Shown in pieces: positions 1-17,313 of a DNA stretch of 64,000 nt (the stretch's first letter is position 1; every line of letters begins with the position of its first letter). The notes beneath the pieces are model-generated. The model was given only the letters and a program-made list of their open reading frames with translations. It was not told where the DNA came from and did no database searches. The stretch lies in contig CM035350.1 in NCBI GenBank assembly GCA_020137815.1, positions 10,168,001-10,232,000 on the forward strand, written 5' to 3'. Origin of the DNA: Hormiphora californensis (Eukaryota; Animalia; Ctenophora). The position numbers and the translations under genes were made by a program.

Positions 1-1282
1 TTTTTGGTCCCCACTCATTTAATTACATTAATTAACGTGTATTTTAGTGTAAGTGGGGTTTTAGGGCATGGGGTAACTTTGGAATGAGGGTGGGGTAACT
101 TTGGACACCCGTCCAAAGTTACCCCACGATAGTAATATTGGAACAAACATAAATCCGAACATTTTGCAATGATAAACAAATGAACCTAAAATGTTTAAAT
201 GGGGTTTAAATGAAACAATAAATTGAAAAAGAACAATAGGGTTAGCCAAACGCCCCATGATTTAAAAAAAATTGTTTATGTCGACTCAACTTTTTTGGGT
301 GTGAGAAATGATGAAACTACTAGCCACCAAATAAAATTTCAGCTCAATCGACTTGATTTAGAGGTTGCCACATCCGGCCTGAAACCCATCAATTATCAAA
401 CTTCAATAATTTGGGGTTCCTTATCCACCCTACCCCACCATAGATGGTATTGGCCCTCTAGGCGAGTGTGTCAGTTCTTTTTGCTGAATTGGATAGACAG
501 GAAGTGGTCTACTTTTGGGTACTGGCTAAATAAAGGAGCTTTGGTACCTGTGCTCATGCATAGATTGTCTACAAGAACTAGAACACTCGCCTAGAGAGCC
601 AATACCATCTAACAAGCTACAGGATGGATGAGGAACCCCAAATTATTGAAGTTTGATGGGTTTCAGGCCGGATTTCTACGATTTAGCTCCATAAAATAGT
701 CCAAGTCCTAGTTTTTTCACTAACCTATCGAATAGATGGATGGAAATGGGCGTGGAGTGGGCTGAACCTTGGTTATATGGCCCTAAACAATTCAGCGAGG
801 GTCTAGGACAACTCTACAGACATCAAAAGTTCAAAACATGTAGTGTGGGGTAACTTTGGCACCCCGTCCAAAGTTACCCCAAAATTCAAAAAACGGTGGG
901 GTAACATTAGCCACCCCTATTAGTCTCAATTAAAGTAATTGATCGGGTTTGAAAAATGGTGCCCCGAATTATTTGATCGAAACCCTTCCACTCTATGGAG
1001 CAAACTTGATTCGGTCATTAGCCCGGTCAAATCTATGGTACCCATTTTGATTTGAACATTTTTAGCGATTTTGACATCAATTATGTTTGCCCCTAATTAG
1101 GAGCTAATTAGCATAGAATTGAAAAAAATAATTGTACTATTAGTTAGACATTTGTGGGTCAATTACTTGTACACCCAAAAATTATGCAAAATCTGTCGTT
1201 ATCTGTTGGTAATTTTGGACTAAAGCCAAATTTTGAAAGTGTCCAAAGTTACCCTGCAAAACAAAGTTACCCCAGATTACGG
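1..1282. mobile_element. Non-autonomous foldback DNA transposon, left end outside window
   Basis: Repeated GGGGTAACTTTGG/CCAAAGTTACCCC motifs at ~70-125, 847-880 and 1240-1275; internal inverted arms ~375-470 vs ~580-672; ends ...CCCCAGATTACGG followed by TA; no coding capacity. Confidence 0.6.
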
Positions 1283-1438
1283 TAATATGTAAAGCTGGAT
1301 ATTTATGCGCACTCTGCTCAGTAGCTATAGTAACCGCTGTGTCTCATGTGTGTGTGTGTGCTAGAGAGAATACACTTTGCACCTGCTCACTCCGTTTATC
1401 TCTAAATAGGATATTTTCCCGACGGTGCATATAGCACC

Positions 1439-2706
1439 ATGACTGTCGACCTAGAGCAAGCTCCCTCCACCGCTCCTCTGGGCTTTGGTGCACGGGCCAA
1501 ACGGTTCGAAGTTTCTGGTATCCATCCTGGTAAGAAGTATCCTGGCACATTTGTTCAAGTATGCTATGACAAAAAGTCAATGGGGGAAGAGAACAGACGC
1601 CTAGGACCTGGATCGTACAATATTGCCCTTGGTGCTTTTTCTCAGGATGCGATCAAGATGCGAAGTTCTGGGCCTGGCTGGAAACATGCTCACGAGGCTG
1701 AGAAACAGGCTAAAATGCCCCGTCTTCTGAACAAAGACCAGTTTGAGAAGCAACGAAAGTTGAAGGAAAACCTCGGTCCGGGTACCTATAACAATAAAGA
1801 TATGTGGCAGGAACTCGACTCTCGTCCAAAAAGTATCTACGGTATTTGCTCGACTCTGGAGGAGCGTTTTGGGCCAACCTCCCGAGATCCCCCTAAGAAT
1901 TTCGTAGTGCCAGGCCCTGGTACCTACGGAGAGGAGGGGATCCCGGGAAAGAGTCTGGAGAAAAAGGACAGGGAGAGGACCAGTACAGTGATAATGCGGG
2001 CTGCAGATGGGAGACCCAGGATGCTGCCTCAAGTTGGTTGTGATTTGGGACCCGGGCAGTACGAGTACAAGAGTTTTACTACGGAGCTGGTTGAGAAGGT
2101 AACAAGCAAGAAAGGGCCTTATGATTTGTTCAATGTTTCTCGGAGTAAGCCAATGAACACCGGCTACTATGCTGCACCGTCTCGAATGAACAACTTGGGC
2201 CCTGGCCAATACCCTGATACCTCATTCACGGATAAATGGAACGACCCATATTGGGGTAAGAAGGGCAGGTTTGGGAAGCTCACTCAGTATCCTGGGAACC
2301 CGACTGATCGAATATACTGCAGCACCCTATCCCAGTGCCCCCGGAGATCCACCGACCCTGGCCCAGGTAGTTATGATGTGAAGTAAAGCAGGGAGAGTGA
2401 AACACATAACTAAACCTGGAACAGGGTTCAACATGAGCTCTGAACGAATAGACCGCCGAGCTAGGATGTTTTTCATGGGTCCTGCTGGTGCTAATACCTG
2501 TGGCGTGGGACGGTACGACATAGAGAAGGGGCTATACGAGTCTGCAGAAGAACGTGCCTGGACACATGGCATCCTTCAAGAGTAAGACACAGAGGTACGG
2601 GGCTGGTGGTATGGCATCTCGGGATCTAACTTTGCAGGAACGAATTAGAGAGAAGGATGTCCCCATTGCCAGCAAGGAGTTCATGCTTCAACCTGGCTCT
2701 CACTAA
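1439..2706 (+). CDS. CIMAP2: CIMAP2/LEXM-like ciliary microtubule-associated protein (SHIPPO PGPGxY repeats); two apparent +1 frameshifts near the 3' end
   Basis: ORF 1439-2386 has repeated (L/P)GPGxY motifs and FG..AKRFEVSGIHP, GWKHAHEAE..MP, KGPYDLF..RSKP..GYY blocks resembling LEXM. Coding continues at 2397-2530 (GVGRYDI) and then GHMASFKSKTQR...LQERIREKD to TAA 2704-2706. Confidence 0.8.
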
Positions 2707-3114
2707 AGGTAGACATCAGACAATGAACAATGGACAGTGTAGAAAACAGGATTTTAGCTTGATTGATTTCGTTTTTAGTTTTCAAAAAATGTAGAAATAG
2801 CATGTTCAATGTCGCGGCCTCTTCTGTATCATGTACATAGGTTGATAGAATGGTTTTAAAATATTTTAGCTGAATAATTGTGTAAATAATCTTCACGCAC
2901 ACACTTAATTTATGGGTTTAGAAAATCATTATTTAGCGTGTTTCATTATTGTTGTCCCTGTTCCTCTCTGGACCAAATCCCATTTCTAAACCCCTCCCTC
3001 GCTCCCTATTTAATTGCCTCAACCCATCCTAACAATCCCCTCGACTCCCCTCCTAACTACACAGCGTGTTCAATAATTTGTTCCAAACCCCTTCTGTCTA
3101 TTATAGACTCCGTG

Positions 3115-6100
3115 ATGCCGCACAACAGAGTAAAGGTAGTGGTAAGGACAAGACCCACCAATAGTTTCGCTCATGAGAATATAGAGATAGAGGGGGACGG
3201 GAGTCGAGTTCTGATTCACTCCAACAAACAATACCATGGACACATCAACAATCAGGTAACTTCCCTATTCTCTTTTTCCAGTTATACAAATTAAACCTTT
3301 CGTTTGGTCGTCAAATCAGACATCACTCTCTCCCAATTCATTTTCCACGTCCAGGTGTCAGATTGGTGTTTCCCCATGGATAGGGTGCTGCACAATTCCA
3401 GTCAGGAGGCGGTGTACCAGGAATGTGTGGGAGAGATTGTGGAGAGGGCACTTGATGGTAGGCTGCTACTTCCTAAACAGTTTCAATTCTTCTCTTCTTC
3501 CCTAAGCAACTCCATTTCTGTTTTTCCCCAGGTTATAATGGTACGGTGATGGCTTATGGTCAGACTGGTGCTGGCAAGACATTCACCATCACGGGGAGTA
3601 CTGAAAACTTTCAAGAGCGTGGAATGATCCCTCGAGCACTGTCTCACTTTTACCAAGCCATCAATGCCATGATGGAGCATACCGTAACTGTCAGGTGAGA
3701 AGCAGACCAGGGTAGATCATTGACTGTGATGCTGTGATGGAGTTGAATTGTGATGATATTACAGAATTAGAACCAATATATATCTACTGCATATACCACT
3801 GCGTATAATCTAGTATTTCCAATGTTTCTAAATCCTTCCTCCCCCCTCTCAGAGTATCCTATATGGAGATATACAATGAGACACTGACGGATCTGCTGGC
3901 AGAGGGTCCCTCACAGCCCCTAGTAATATCGGAGGAGGAGGGTGCCACTGTTGTAAAGGGTTTAACTGTCCGACTGGCCAACTCTGAGGAGGAGGCCCTG
4001 AACTTGTTGTTTGAGGGGGAAACTAACAGAGTCATCGCGGAACATGCTCTCAATTACGCCAGCTCCCGATCACATTGTGTCTTCACTGTTCATATTGAGA
4101 GCAGGTCGAGGACACAATCTAGCTCCAACTTCACACTGAGCAAACTGAACTTTGTGGATCTGGCCGGGTCGGAACGACTTGGAAAGACAATGAGTGAAGG
4201 TCTCACGAAACAGGAGGCCATGTACATCAACAAATCGCTCACTTTTCTGGAGCAGGTAATACGGTGGAAGATTGTGTGATTGTTTTCTGTGTTCGCATTT
4301 CGTTGCTTTTATCTCCTGTAACTCCCCGGTCCCCAACATTGCCTCCACAGGTTATCATCGCAGTAGCGGACAGGAATCGAGAACACGTTCCCTTTAGACA
4401 AAGCAAACTAACTCACGTGCTGAAGGATTCTATTGGGGGAAACTGTAACACAGTCATGATTGCTAATGTTTGGGGAGAGGCATCACAGCTCGAAGAGACG
4501 GTAAGTAACACTGAAACATAGTGGCATCTACAGCTTCAAACAATTCCTGGTTCTAAACACTTGTAATGTGATAATAACCCCTTGCTTCCTCAGATCTCAA
4601 CACTAAGATTTGGCACACGTATGATGTGTGTTGCAAACGAGCCTATGCAGAACGTTCACTATGATCCTCTTGTAAGTGTCACGTGACTTGTGACGTCACA
4701 CCATCATTATCAGAGAGAGAGAACCACATTAGCGTCCATTTCCGTGTGTGCGCTCTTTACTGCTAAACCGTCTTTACTTTGTAATTTTGTATCGCTGTGA
4801 TAATGCTGTGTGATTTGACGAGTGGAAGAATACTGAAAATAGTAGCCGACTATGATGTAGGTTGGGATGCTATCTAAAGATGTCGAGGGGAGGGGGGTCT
4901 AGTAGTTTCAGTGTACTGGTGAAGTCTAAACGACCACTAAATGAGCTCTCTGATAATTGTTATAGCAAACTACCATCTATGAAAATGTACCTCTACATGA
5001 GCTAATTATAGATCTATTCTACTCAATTAACTCCTCACATCTACCTACTCATGGTAACTCCCTATTTCAGCTGCTGGTTCGAGAATACGAGCAGGAGATA
5101 AAGACCCTGAAAATGGAGTTGGCGATGCATGACACACTGGTAAGAAGTTGTGTGTGTGGCTCTGTGAGGTAGACCATGGTTCCTACCTGGGCTATCTGCT
5201 TTCTAACTTTCCATAAACCATCCTCACTTTAAACTCCTTTACGGTACATGTCAAGTACATTTCAAGTACTAATATCTCCATGAATACCCAGCTATGTAAT
5301 ACCTACATTATCTTGTAGGCAAACAGGAGCAATGTTAGTTACGAGCCCTATACAGAGGCCCAGCAGTTCGACCTTCAACAAAACATCCGCCGATATATCT
5401 CTGGAGCATTGCCAGAAATTGAAATCGTCAACCTCCGCCAGGTAGTTTGAGAGAGAGAGAGAGAGAGAGAGAGAATAGAAAGGAGAGAGAGAGAGAGAAA
5501 ATAGAAAGGAGAGAGAGTGCTTGCTATTGGAGTCCCGACCTACCGGCAGGGTGGTTGAATCTCAAGCATCGTTTCCCGCTACCAATACCATTTTATCCCT
5601 TCTTTAAAAACCTGTATTTTGAGCCACCAATCTTCTAAAGATCTTGTTCTAGGTGAAGGAGATCTTCAAGCAGTTCAAGTTAATTATCCTAAACCAAGAT
5701 CGAGAAATCGAGGCTCGAGTTGTGCAGAAATATAACCTGGAGGGGACTGGGGAGGACAGCAAAGATTCGAGGGTAATTAATCATGCTCATTAAGTAATTA
5801 CTCGGTAGCGCATCATCCAATTCATTTTACACTTCGTTTTTCAATCATCTGATTGTCTTCCCTCCCAAAGCCGCCCCACCGGTCTCACAGCTGTAGTGTT
5901 GGTTGCGTCGCGCGCGGGGCACCATTTGTAGAGAGCATAGCGCGCTGTTCCCTATCCTTGGTAACTGAGTGTAAACACGGAGATGTGGGATTTACACACC
6001 CCATAATCATTATTACATGTTATTATAGTGCCACCTAGATCATATATCCATCTGTAGGTGTACAGTGTACAAGGCCACTTGTCACCATTATAATATTAAT

Positions 6101-8098
6101 GTATAGTATTTACCCCCCTTTTTTCAGAGAGGTTCAGAGGTAGATGTTGGGGTAGGGGAGACGGATGGCACTGGTTTTGGTCTGGGCATCGCACCAAACA
6201 ATGCCAAGTTAGACAAGGCTGCTGTTGTTGAGGCTCGCAAGTTGAAATCCCGGAAAACACCTAAAGACAGGGTTGAATCGGTAGCTGCGAGACAATCACA
6301 GCCCCAATCACCACAGCAGGAAGATATGGCTGAGATCCCACCTCCAATTACCCCGGCCCTTAGCTCCATACCTCCCCTCCACCCTCCCAGGTTAGAATCA
6401 CTTTTATCTAGTAGTTACCAAATCACATTTCACCCCTCACTTGCACTCACCCCTTCTCGCAGTATCTAATAGTTAACAAATCACATTTCACACTCACCCC
6501 TCATCGCAGTATCTAATAGATACCGACTCACATTTCACCCCTCACTCACCCCTTCTCGCAGTATCTAATAGATACCGACTCACATTTCACCCCTCACTCA
6601 CCCCTTCTCGCAGTATCTAATAGATACCAAATCACATTTCACCCCTCACTCACCCCTTCTCGCAGTATCTAATAGATACCAAATCACATTTCACCCCTCC
6701 TCGCAGTATCTAGTAGTTACCAAATCACATTTCACCCCTCACTCACACCTCGCAGTATCTAGTAGTTACCATATCACATTTCACCCCTCACTCACCCCAC
6801 AGCACAGGGTACACTACACAAGCACCTGACACAGCCCAAACAACTCAATCAAAGATCACTAACATGCCCTCTCACCGGGAGTACACTAATATTGCCAACC
6901 CCAGCTCTCCGCCTACCAAGACCGAGGCGTTTGAGGAATTCAAACGGGAACGTGGCAGTGAAATCAACAGAATCTTCATGGAAAATAAGAGTGAGTTGTT
7001 AGATTATTTTTGAGTCGCCTGACACTTTAGAATAAAAAGAAAGTATGAACAATTCAAGATAAATTCCCCTCCTTCTTTGAACATGATAGTTCATCCCTCC
7101 ATACCCTCCCCCTCTCCTTCCCTTAATTACCGCCCTTCCTTCCCCCAGAGACGCTTGCTGAGAAGAAGAGGCAAGGCAAGGAGCTGGCCGCGACAGTCAA
7201 CTCGACAAAGAGAGATATAGATGAGAATAGGGCCACACTAGAAGAGAAGAGGGCCAAGAGGGTCGCTGAGGAGGGAGACCTGGCTAATGACCTGTATGAC
7301 GAAGAAGAATTCGAACTTCTCAGCAGACTCAAAAAGGTTGGAAGCTCGGAGTTAGGATGCTAACCACCAATTACAATTAGGGACTGTTTAACTCGGGTTC
7401 GACTCCTGATCTACTAACCCGCCCCCTATTTCAGCTAAAAGCCACCTATAAAGAGGTCCACGGAGAGCTGAAGTGTATACAATCGGATGTGAGTTACTGC
7501 CAGAGGCTGGTCGACCAGGCCAGGCAACGATTGGTACAGGAGTTCGATACTTGGTACGCTGATTCCTTCCTACATATAGGGGACCAGACCCGACCTAGCA
7601 CCACCACTGCCCCCCTCACAGCCATGGCACCCTCCCCTACACCTCAGACCATAGAGGATAATCAGGAGAGATTTGATAGACTTCAGCTTGAACTGATGAT
7701 GGTACGTGATACGTCCACTAGTAAAGAGGGTGTAGAGGGGGAATACTAACAGGGGGCTGGGGAGAGTGTGTGTGGTTTTATATTCACCAATGTTTGTTGG
7801 ACCAGTCTGAGAGGACCCTCTTCACCAATGTTTGACACTCAATACCCTCTTATCTCAGGAGAATCCTGACAGTATTCCTTATCTGAACGCTAAGAAGAGG
7901 ATGGAGAAAAAGGTAACCTGACCCACATCGCCTCATACCAGACCACCTACCTAATAAACGCAACTCACTTTTTTGTAAACTATTTCAATTGTCCGAATGA
8001 CGTATTCCCTATTTCAGGCATATTACCAACCCAAGATGCCAGGGAAGATAAAGGCAGCGGTTAGGAATGCGCCTCCTACTCTAATGTCAACGATGTAG
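3115..8098 (+). CDS. KIF9: Kinesin-9 family motor, ~15 exons
   Basis: Exons approx 3115-3255, 3355-3457, 3532-3694, 3853-4255, 4351-4500, 4594-4671, 5071-5139, 5319-5441, 5653-5772, 6128-6390, 6905-6990, 7149-7336, 7435-7701, 7859-7912, 8018-8098, all GT-AG. Motifs [32 protein letters not shown], plus KIF9-type [25 protein letters not shown] and [21 protein letters not shown]. Confidence 0.92.
6410..6800. repeat. ~45-50 bp tandem minisatellite in a KIF9 intron
   Basis: About 8 copies of TCACATTTCACCCCTCACTCACCCCTTCTCGCAGTATCTAATAGATACC. Confidence 0.9.
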
Positions 8099-9583
8099 AA
8101 AATGAGTGTGGAAACAACACATTCCATTTGGCCGATTTGTGACACATCTTGAAAGAGCTCAGGGCTACTCAACTTTCAATATTGCTGGAAAATGAAGAGA
8201 AAGACTTTGTGTGGGGAGAATGAACTCAGAGCGAATGAAAAGTGAGACTGTAGAGAATGTATCGATTTGTAAATAACTTTAACTGTTTTACATTCTTTGA
8301 CATGCAGCGTCTACATGCTAATGGCCCATGATACAGGAGTACCGCAGCAGACTGGTTGCTCTCGTTACAACGAAGAGAGCCATTGTGTGATTGAGAAATG
8401 ACGGGCAGGATCTAGAAAGTTCCCACGGTCACTCTCTCTTTGTAAACACTGCGCGCCGAGACGGGAGTGCGCGCGTTATTCTCAGTGCTGACAATTGCCA
8501 CTTTTGTCAGGATTGAGAAAAGTTGCTGGGGAGGGGGTAGCAAAATGTAGTCCCATGACTGTGACGTCATGACGCCAAACAGTTTCCTAAAGTAAATTCA
8601 TGTGACCCATTAGATCATATCGCTCGGTAATCAGATAGGATCACGTATCTGGCTAATCAAATCATTGTTTATTTAGGATCACGAGATTTAACTGGCCAAT
8701 TTAGTATTTACACTCCGCCAATCCACACAAAATGAGGTGTTTTACATTATCGAAAGAGATCAACACGACAGAGACATTGGATAAGTTCAAGGTCTTGCTG
8801 GGACGGGGCGACTGCCCCCGCCCCCACTTTTGGCCAGGTTCGCCCCCCCCCCCATTCCTATACCCCTGGGTTCGGGCTAAAGGGGACGGTTTAAGAGACC
8901 GACACCAGTTGTGTTTTATGCAATAGAGTTTAATCATCAAGTTTTGAATTCTCAATTTTGAAATCTCAAATTTTGGGCCACATTCAGTTCTATGACAGGA
9001 TGTAAACTGACATGACTGAATACTGATCAGTAAATATTACTTTCTTTCTTCGTGTTCTTCATAGCATTTAGAGAGCTGCAGCGGACAGCTCACTTTCTAA
9101 ATATAGCCAGCCGACCGGATGAGATACCTACACAGGAAATAGAGCTCTCTCTTCTACACTCAACTACCCCTCCCTTTAACTTTCAAGTGTGATCGTGTGA
9201 GATAGGAGACAGCCTGTGTGAGGTGTCAGGTACAATATCAGGTACAATTCATACGAATCCGTACATGTTTTCTGTATCAGTGTGTATGCTTTTGGTCCCT
9301 ATGATCAATGCCACGTGAGTAAATAATTATACCACAATGGCCTTGTTGAGTAACACGCTGATCGTTAGGTTCAACTAATCACGTGATCTCTTGACCGGTC
9401 TTGCTGCCAATACCCTGTCATGTGTCATATGTGTTTCTGTTTACATGCGCTAACAAGGGGGGTGTAAACCCATCACACCAGATAGTTGGCAAGATAATAG
9501 AATGATATCATCATAACCCGCCACAACAACATGGTTAGGTAGTTGTAGTTCATTAGTACCAAACAGTGCCGAGACATCTTTAC

Positions 9584-10402
9584 GGGACTGGGGTGTGATC
9601 AGTGGGACTGGGGTGTGATCAGTGGGACTGGGGTGTGATCAGTGGGACTGGGTGTGATCAGTGGGACTGGGGTGTGATCAGTGGGACTGTGGTGTGATCA
9701 GTGGGACTGGGGTGTGATCAGTGGGACTGGGGTGTGATCAGTGGGACTGGGGTGTGATCAGTGGGACTGGGGTGTGATCAGTGGGACTGGGGTGTGATCA
9801 GTGGGACTGGGGTGTGATCAGTGGGACTGGGGTGTGATCAGTGGGACTGGAGTGTGATCAGTGAGTCTGGGGTGTGATCAGTGGGACTGGGGTGTGATCA
9901 GTGGGACTGAGGTGTGATCAGTGGGACTGGAGTGTGATCAGTGGGACTGGGGTGTGATCAGTGGAACTGGGGTGTGATCAGTGGGACTGAGGTGTGATCA
10001 GTGGGACTGGGGTGTGATCAGTGAGACTGGGTGTGATCAGTGGGACTGGGGTGTGATCAGTGGGACTGGGGTGTGATCAGTGGGACTGGGGTGTGATCAG
10101 TGGGACTGGGGTGTGATCAGTGAGACTGGGGTGTGATCAGTGGGACTGGGGTGTGATCAGTGGGACTGGGGTGTGATCAGTGGGACTGGGGTGTGATCAG
10201 TGGGACTGGAGTGTGATCAGTGGGACTGGGGTGTGATCAGTGGGACTGGGGTGTGATCAGTGGGACTGAGGTGTAATCAGTGGGACTGGGGTGTGATCAG
10301 TGGGACTGGGGTGTGATCAGTGGGACTGGGGTGTGATCAGTGGGACCGGGGTGTGATCAGTGGGACTGGGGTGTGATCAGTGGGACTGGGGTGTGATCAG
10401 TG
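9584..10402. repeat. 20-bp G-rich minisatellite
   Basis: About 41 copies of GTGGGACTGGGGTGTGATCA. Confidence 0.97.
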
Positions 10403-10859
10403 AGTGCAACAGCCGTGTTTAGAGGAAGAGAGAGGGGAAGACAGGAGAGAGAGAGGGGAGAGAGAAGGGAGATAACAAAGATAACTAAATGAATCACATG
10501 ATGTGGTGTCGACGTGTCCCCCGCCACGTTCCCCCGCCACGTTGCACTTTCCACAGAAGCAGCGTCCACTGTATTTAGTGCAGAGGTCAGAGTGCAGGTG
10601 AGCAGTGTGACTATTTTGAGCTGTGTTAAGCACTTAGTACACACACATTTGGGTTATTTTAGTACCGGCAGATTTAATAAAAAACAGCTATTTTTAGTGC
10701 TATGGAAACAATTGGAAATATTTAGAAGACATTACATTGGAAACATTTCGAAAAAAAAAAGTACTCGTTCTGTTTTCAGAGAAAACTCAAAGTTCTTGTG
10801 GGACACTAAAATCCGGTGATAATACAATTTTGATGTTTTACACATGATGAATACACTGT

Positions 10860-14012
<3,153 letters not shown>

Positions 14013-17000
14013 ATGGAAATTTCAATTGAAACTTTAGCTGGGACTTCATTTGACCTACGAGTTAGTCCCTTTGAGACAGTGATTAGTGTTAAACAGAAGA
14101 TACAGCGTTTGGAAGGTTTGTTTTTATCACCCCTCTCGTGCTGGCCTTGTTCTGGCCTATGTAAACATTCCTCTTTAATCAAATTTATATAACCTCTGTA
14201 ATCAGAAATCTAAATTTATACCGTAATTTCATTGATAAAGTAAATTACTCTCCTTCAACAGGTATTCCAATAGCTCAGCAGCATTTGATTTGGAAAAATG
14301 TGGAGTTAGAAGATGACTACTATCTTCACGACTATGGGTAAACACACACACACACTGGCCATGACACTAGATAGTAGATTCTAGACACTAGACACTAGAA
14401 ATAAGTCGGCACTCTGCAGACTAGTCATGTTCATTACCAATAACAGTTAGCTAATAATATCATTAGGAAGCAAGGAGGAAGAGAGATACCATTATTTATG
14501 TACTTAAAGTAAGAGTGGCGCGCCGTGTTTTCTCACAAAACTTGGTGGATGAACGGGGAGTACCACCAGGACCATTGGTACGGTATCGAAAATTTCCAAT
14601 TCTGTCTCGTTCATTAGTTATGACGTAATATGTTCATTATTTAAACTTTTATAAAATTGCTCTTCAGAAAAATCCGTGCATTGTGGATTGAAATGGATGC
14701 TTGCATCGTGTTCAGCGTCAAAAAATAGCCGGGGTACCAAATTTTGGTGTCTCTACCTTGTCTAAGACGCGAGATATCGACAATTATCAAAAACGACCAA
14801 AGTGAGAGAAAGAGAGTTTGTTACAAGTGGGCGGCGCGCACAAACAACTAGCACCCAAAGATAACAAACTCTCTCTCGCCCATTTTGGTTGTTTTTTATA
14901 TTTGTCAATATCTCGCGTCACAGACAAGGTAGAGACACCAAAATTTGGTACCCCGGCTATTTTTTAACGCTGAACACGATGCAAGCATCCATTTCAATCC
15001 ACAATGCACGGATTTTTCTGAAGAGCAATTTTATAAAAGTTTAAATAATGAACATATTACGTCATAACTAATGAACGAGACAGAATTGGAAATTTTCGAT
15101 ACCGTACCAATGGTCCTGGTGGTACTCCCCGTTCATCCACCAAGTTTTGTGAGAAAACACGGCGCGCCACTCTTACTTTAACTGCCCTTTTCAAATTTCT
15201 TTAATTCTCCCTTCTTTCTCTGTTTCTCGACGTATTGTCGGTGTAGTTAAACTGTTTCTAGACTCCGTTTAGGAAAATACGTTCATTCCTTTGATCTCTA
15301 CCCGGATCTCTCTCTGTGAATATTGTTCACATAACATTATTTTATCTCATATTTTTCTCTTTTTTTCCATTCCTCTCTGTCTCTGTCTCTCTCCCTCTAT
15401 TTCTCTATCTCTCTTTCTTCCTCTATTTTCTATCGTCTCTATTCCTTCCTCACAAGGTCAAGAAACTCACAAGCAGAGTGTTAAAGTGTAAAGGCTTTTA
15501 AATACCGCTCCCCCATCATCACACACACATACACTCTATCTTTTTATCTCTCTGTCTCCTTCCTTCACTCTCTCTATCTCCTCATGATATGCTTGTAAAC
15601 ATAGCGAGTTTGTCTCGTGACAAACCAGCTCACGACGAATATTCGCGTGTCCCCTTGGCAAAAACACTTGCCGTATATTCTAGTAAGGAGGATCCACATG
15701 TGATTAAATACAAAAGTTAGTCAAAAATCATATCTTAGTAAAATAATGAGATTATCTAACCGATAATATTTGGCAGTGAAATAAGGGATTATCTCCCCTA
15801 TAGGATATCACACGGGAGCTGTCTACAGTTGGTGTTGGCCATGAGAGGCGGGCCCATTAGTACACGGAGGGTTGTGTTAGAGGACCCGTCCCTTCAGGAA
15901 GTAATTGACTATGTGGAAGCGAATGGAGAGGATATGTGGAATGATCTTCCGACCACTGATAGTACTCAAGTTACCGTTCTACTTTTTAGGTATTACTCAT
16001 ATCTCCCATTCATATTTGTACACATCTTAGTGTGATCTGTGTGTGTGTGAACTGTGTGTGTCTGTCTGTGATCTGTGTGTAATCAATAGGGTGTGCTAAG
16101 TGAAAATTTTGTCGACTTGGCCAATAGTTTAAGGGTAGATATGAAACTATGTACAATTGTCTACTACATCCTTAAAACGGAATTGGGGTAGTGTAGTCAA
16201 TTACGTGGGCCAGGCGATTAAAAAAGTTTACTTTTTTACCGAAAAAAGGAAAATATGTGTGTTTTACACCAGTGTTTGGCATGTTCTTGATATCAACTTT
16301 TTATGGCCAGGGTCGTGTTCAGTGGTTTGATACCGATCAGAATGGATGTGTATCATGAAAGTTAGCCAAAGCTTATTTTTGACCTGAAAATGTTCATTTT
16401 TGACCAAAAATGTTCATTTTTGACCAAAAATGTTCATTTTTGACTAAAAATGTTCATTTTGGTCATTTTCTTCAATTTTGAGAGCCTTTTCATGAACGGG
16501 ATCGTGTTCAGCAGGTCAAAACTAGTCGGTTACAACCGGAATTTGCTTTCCGACAAATAAAATCTCAAAAAGTTAAAATTCGTCTCCACTAATATGTAAT
16601 GTAGGAAAATGTGCAAGAAAAAAAGATGAAAAAAAAATTTTCATTATAAAATGGAGTTCTGAAGGTATAGACTGGAAATAATGGTTGTACTGGTTCTCAT
16701 GAGGCGATTCATATGTGTGGTTTTTTCGAAATAACGCCCAAAAAAACATTTTTTGATATGAATAGGCCCATATATGGGCATACATCGGCCCACATAATTG
16801 GGCCAGGGTAGGACTAAAATTGTTTAACCAAATGTTTTAGAATGATCGTAGGAACTCATTCTAGGGGTAAACTATGTAAAAATTGGATTTCATTTATGAG
16901 TTGGGAAAAATAGCACACCCCTGGATACTGATTACTAATCAGTATCCAGTACGTGAAATATTGTTGTGTGTAACAAATTGAAAGTGTACTAACGTTAGCA

Positions 17001-17234
17001 CCATATTGTGGTAATGTGGTTCTCTGTGGTGACGCAATTGTATCGCATCACCTCTCCCTATATCTCCTTTTCCTAGACCCCCCTCCTTTCTTTCCGTTTA
17101 TATCCTTGTAGCCTTCTAAAAATGGCATGGATATTTATATTAAGTTTTATTTTCTCTCTCCTGGCAGTTCATCTAGACAGTGTTTACAACACGTGGTGTG
17201 TCTGTTTCCGTGTTAGTCACAACATACCTATCTT

Positions 17235-17313
<79 letters not shown>

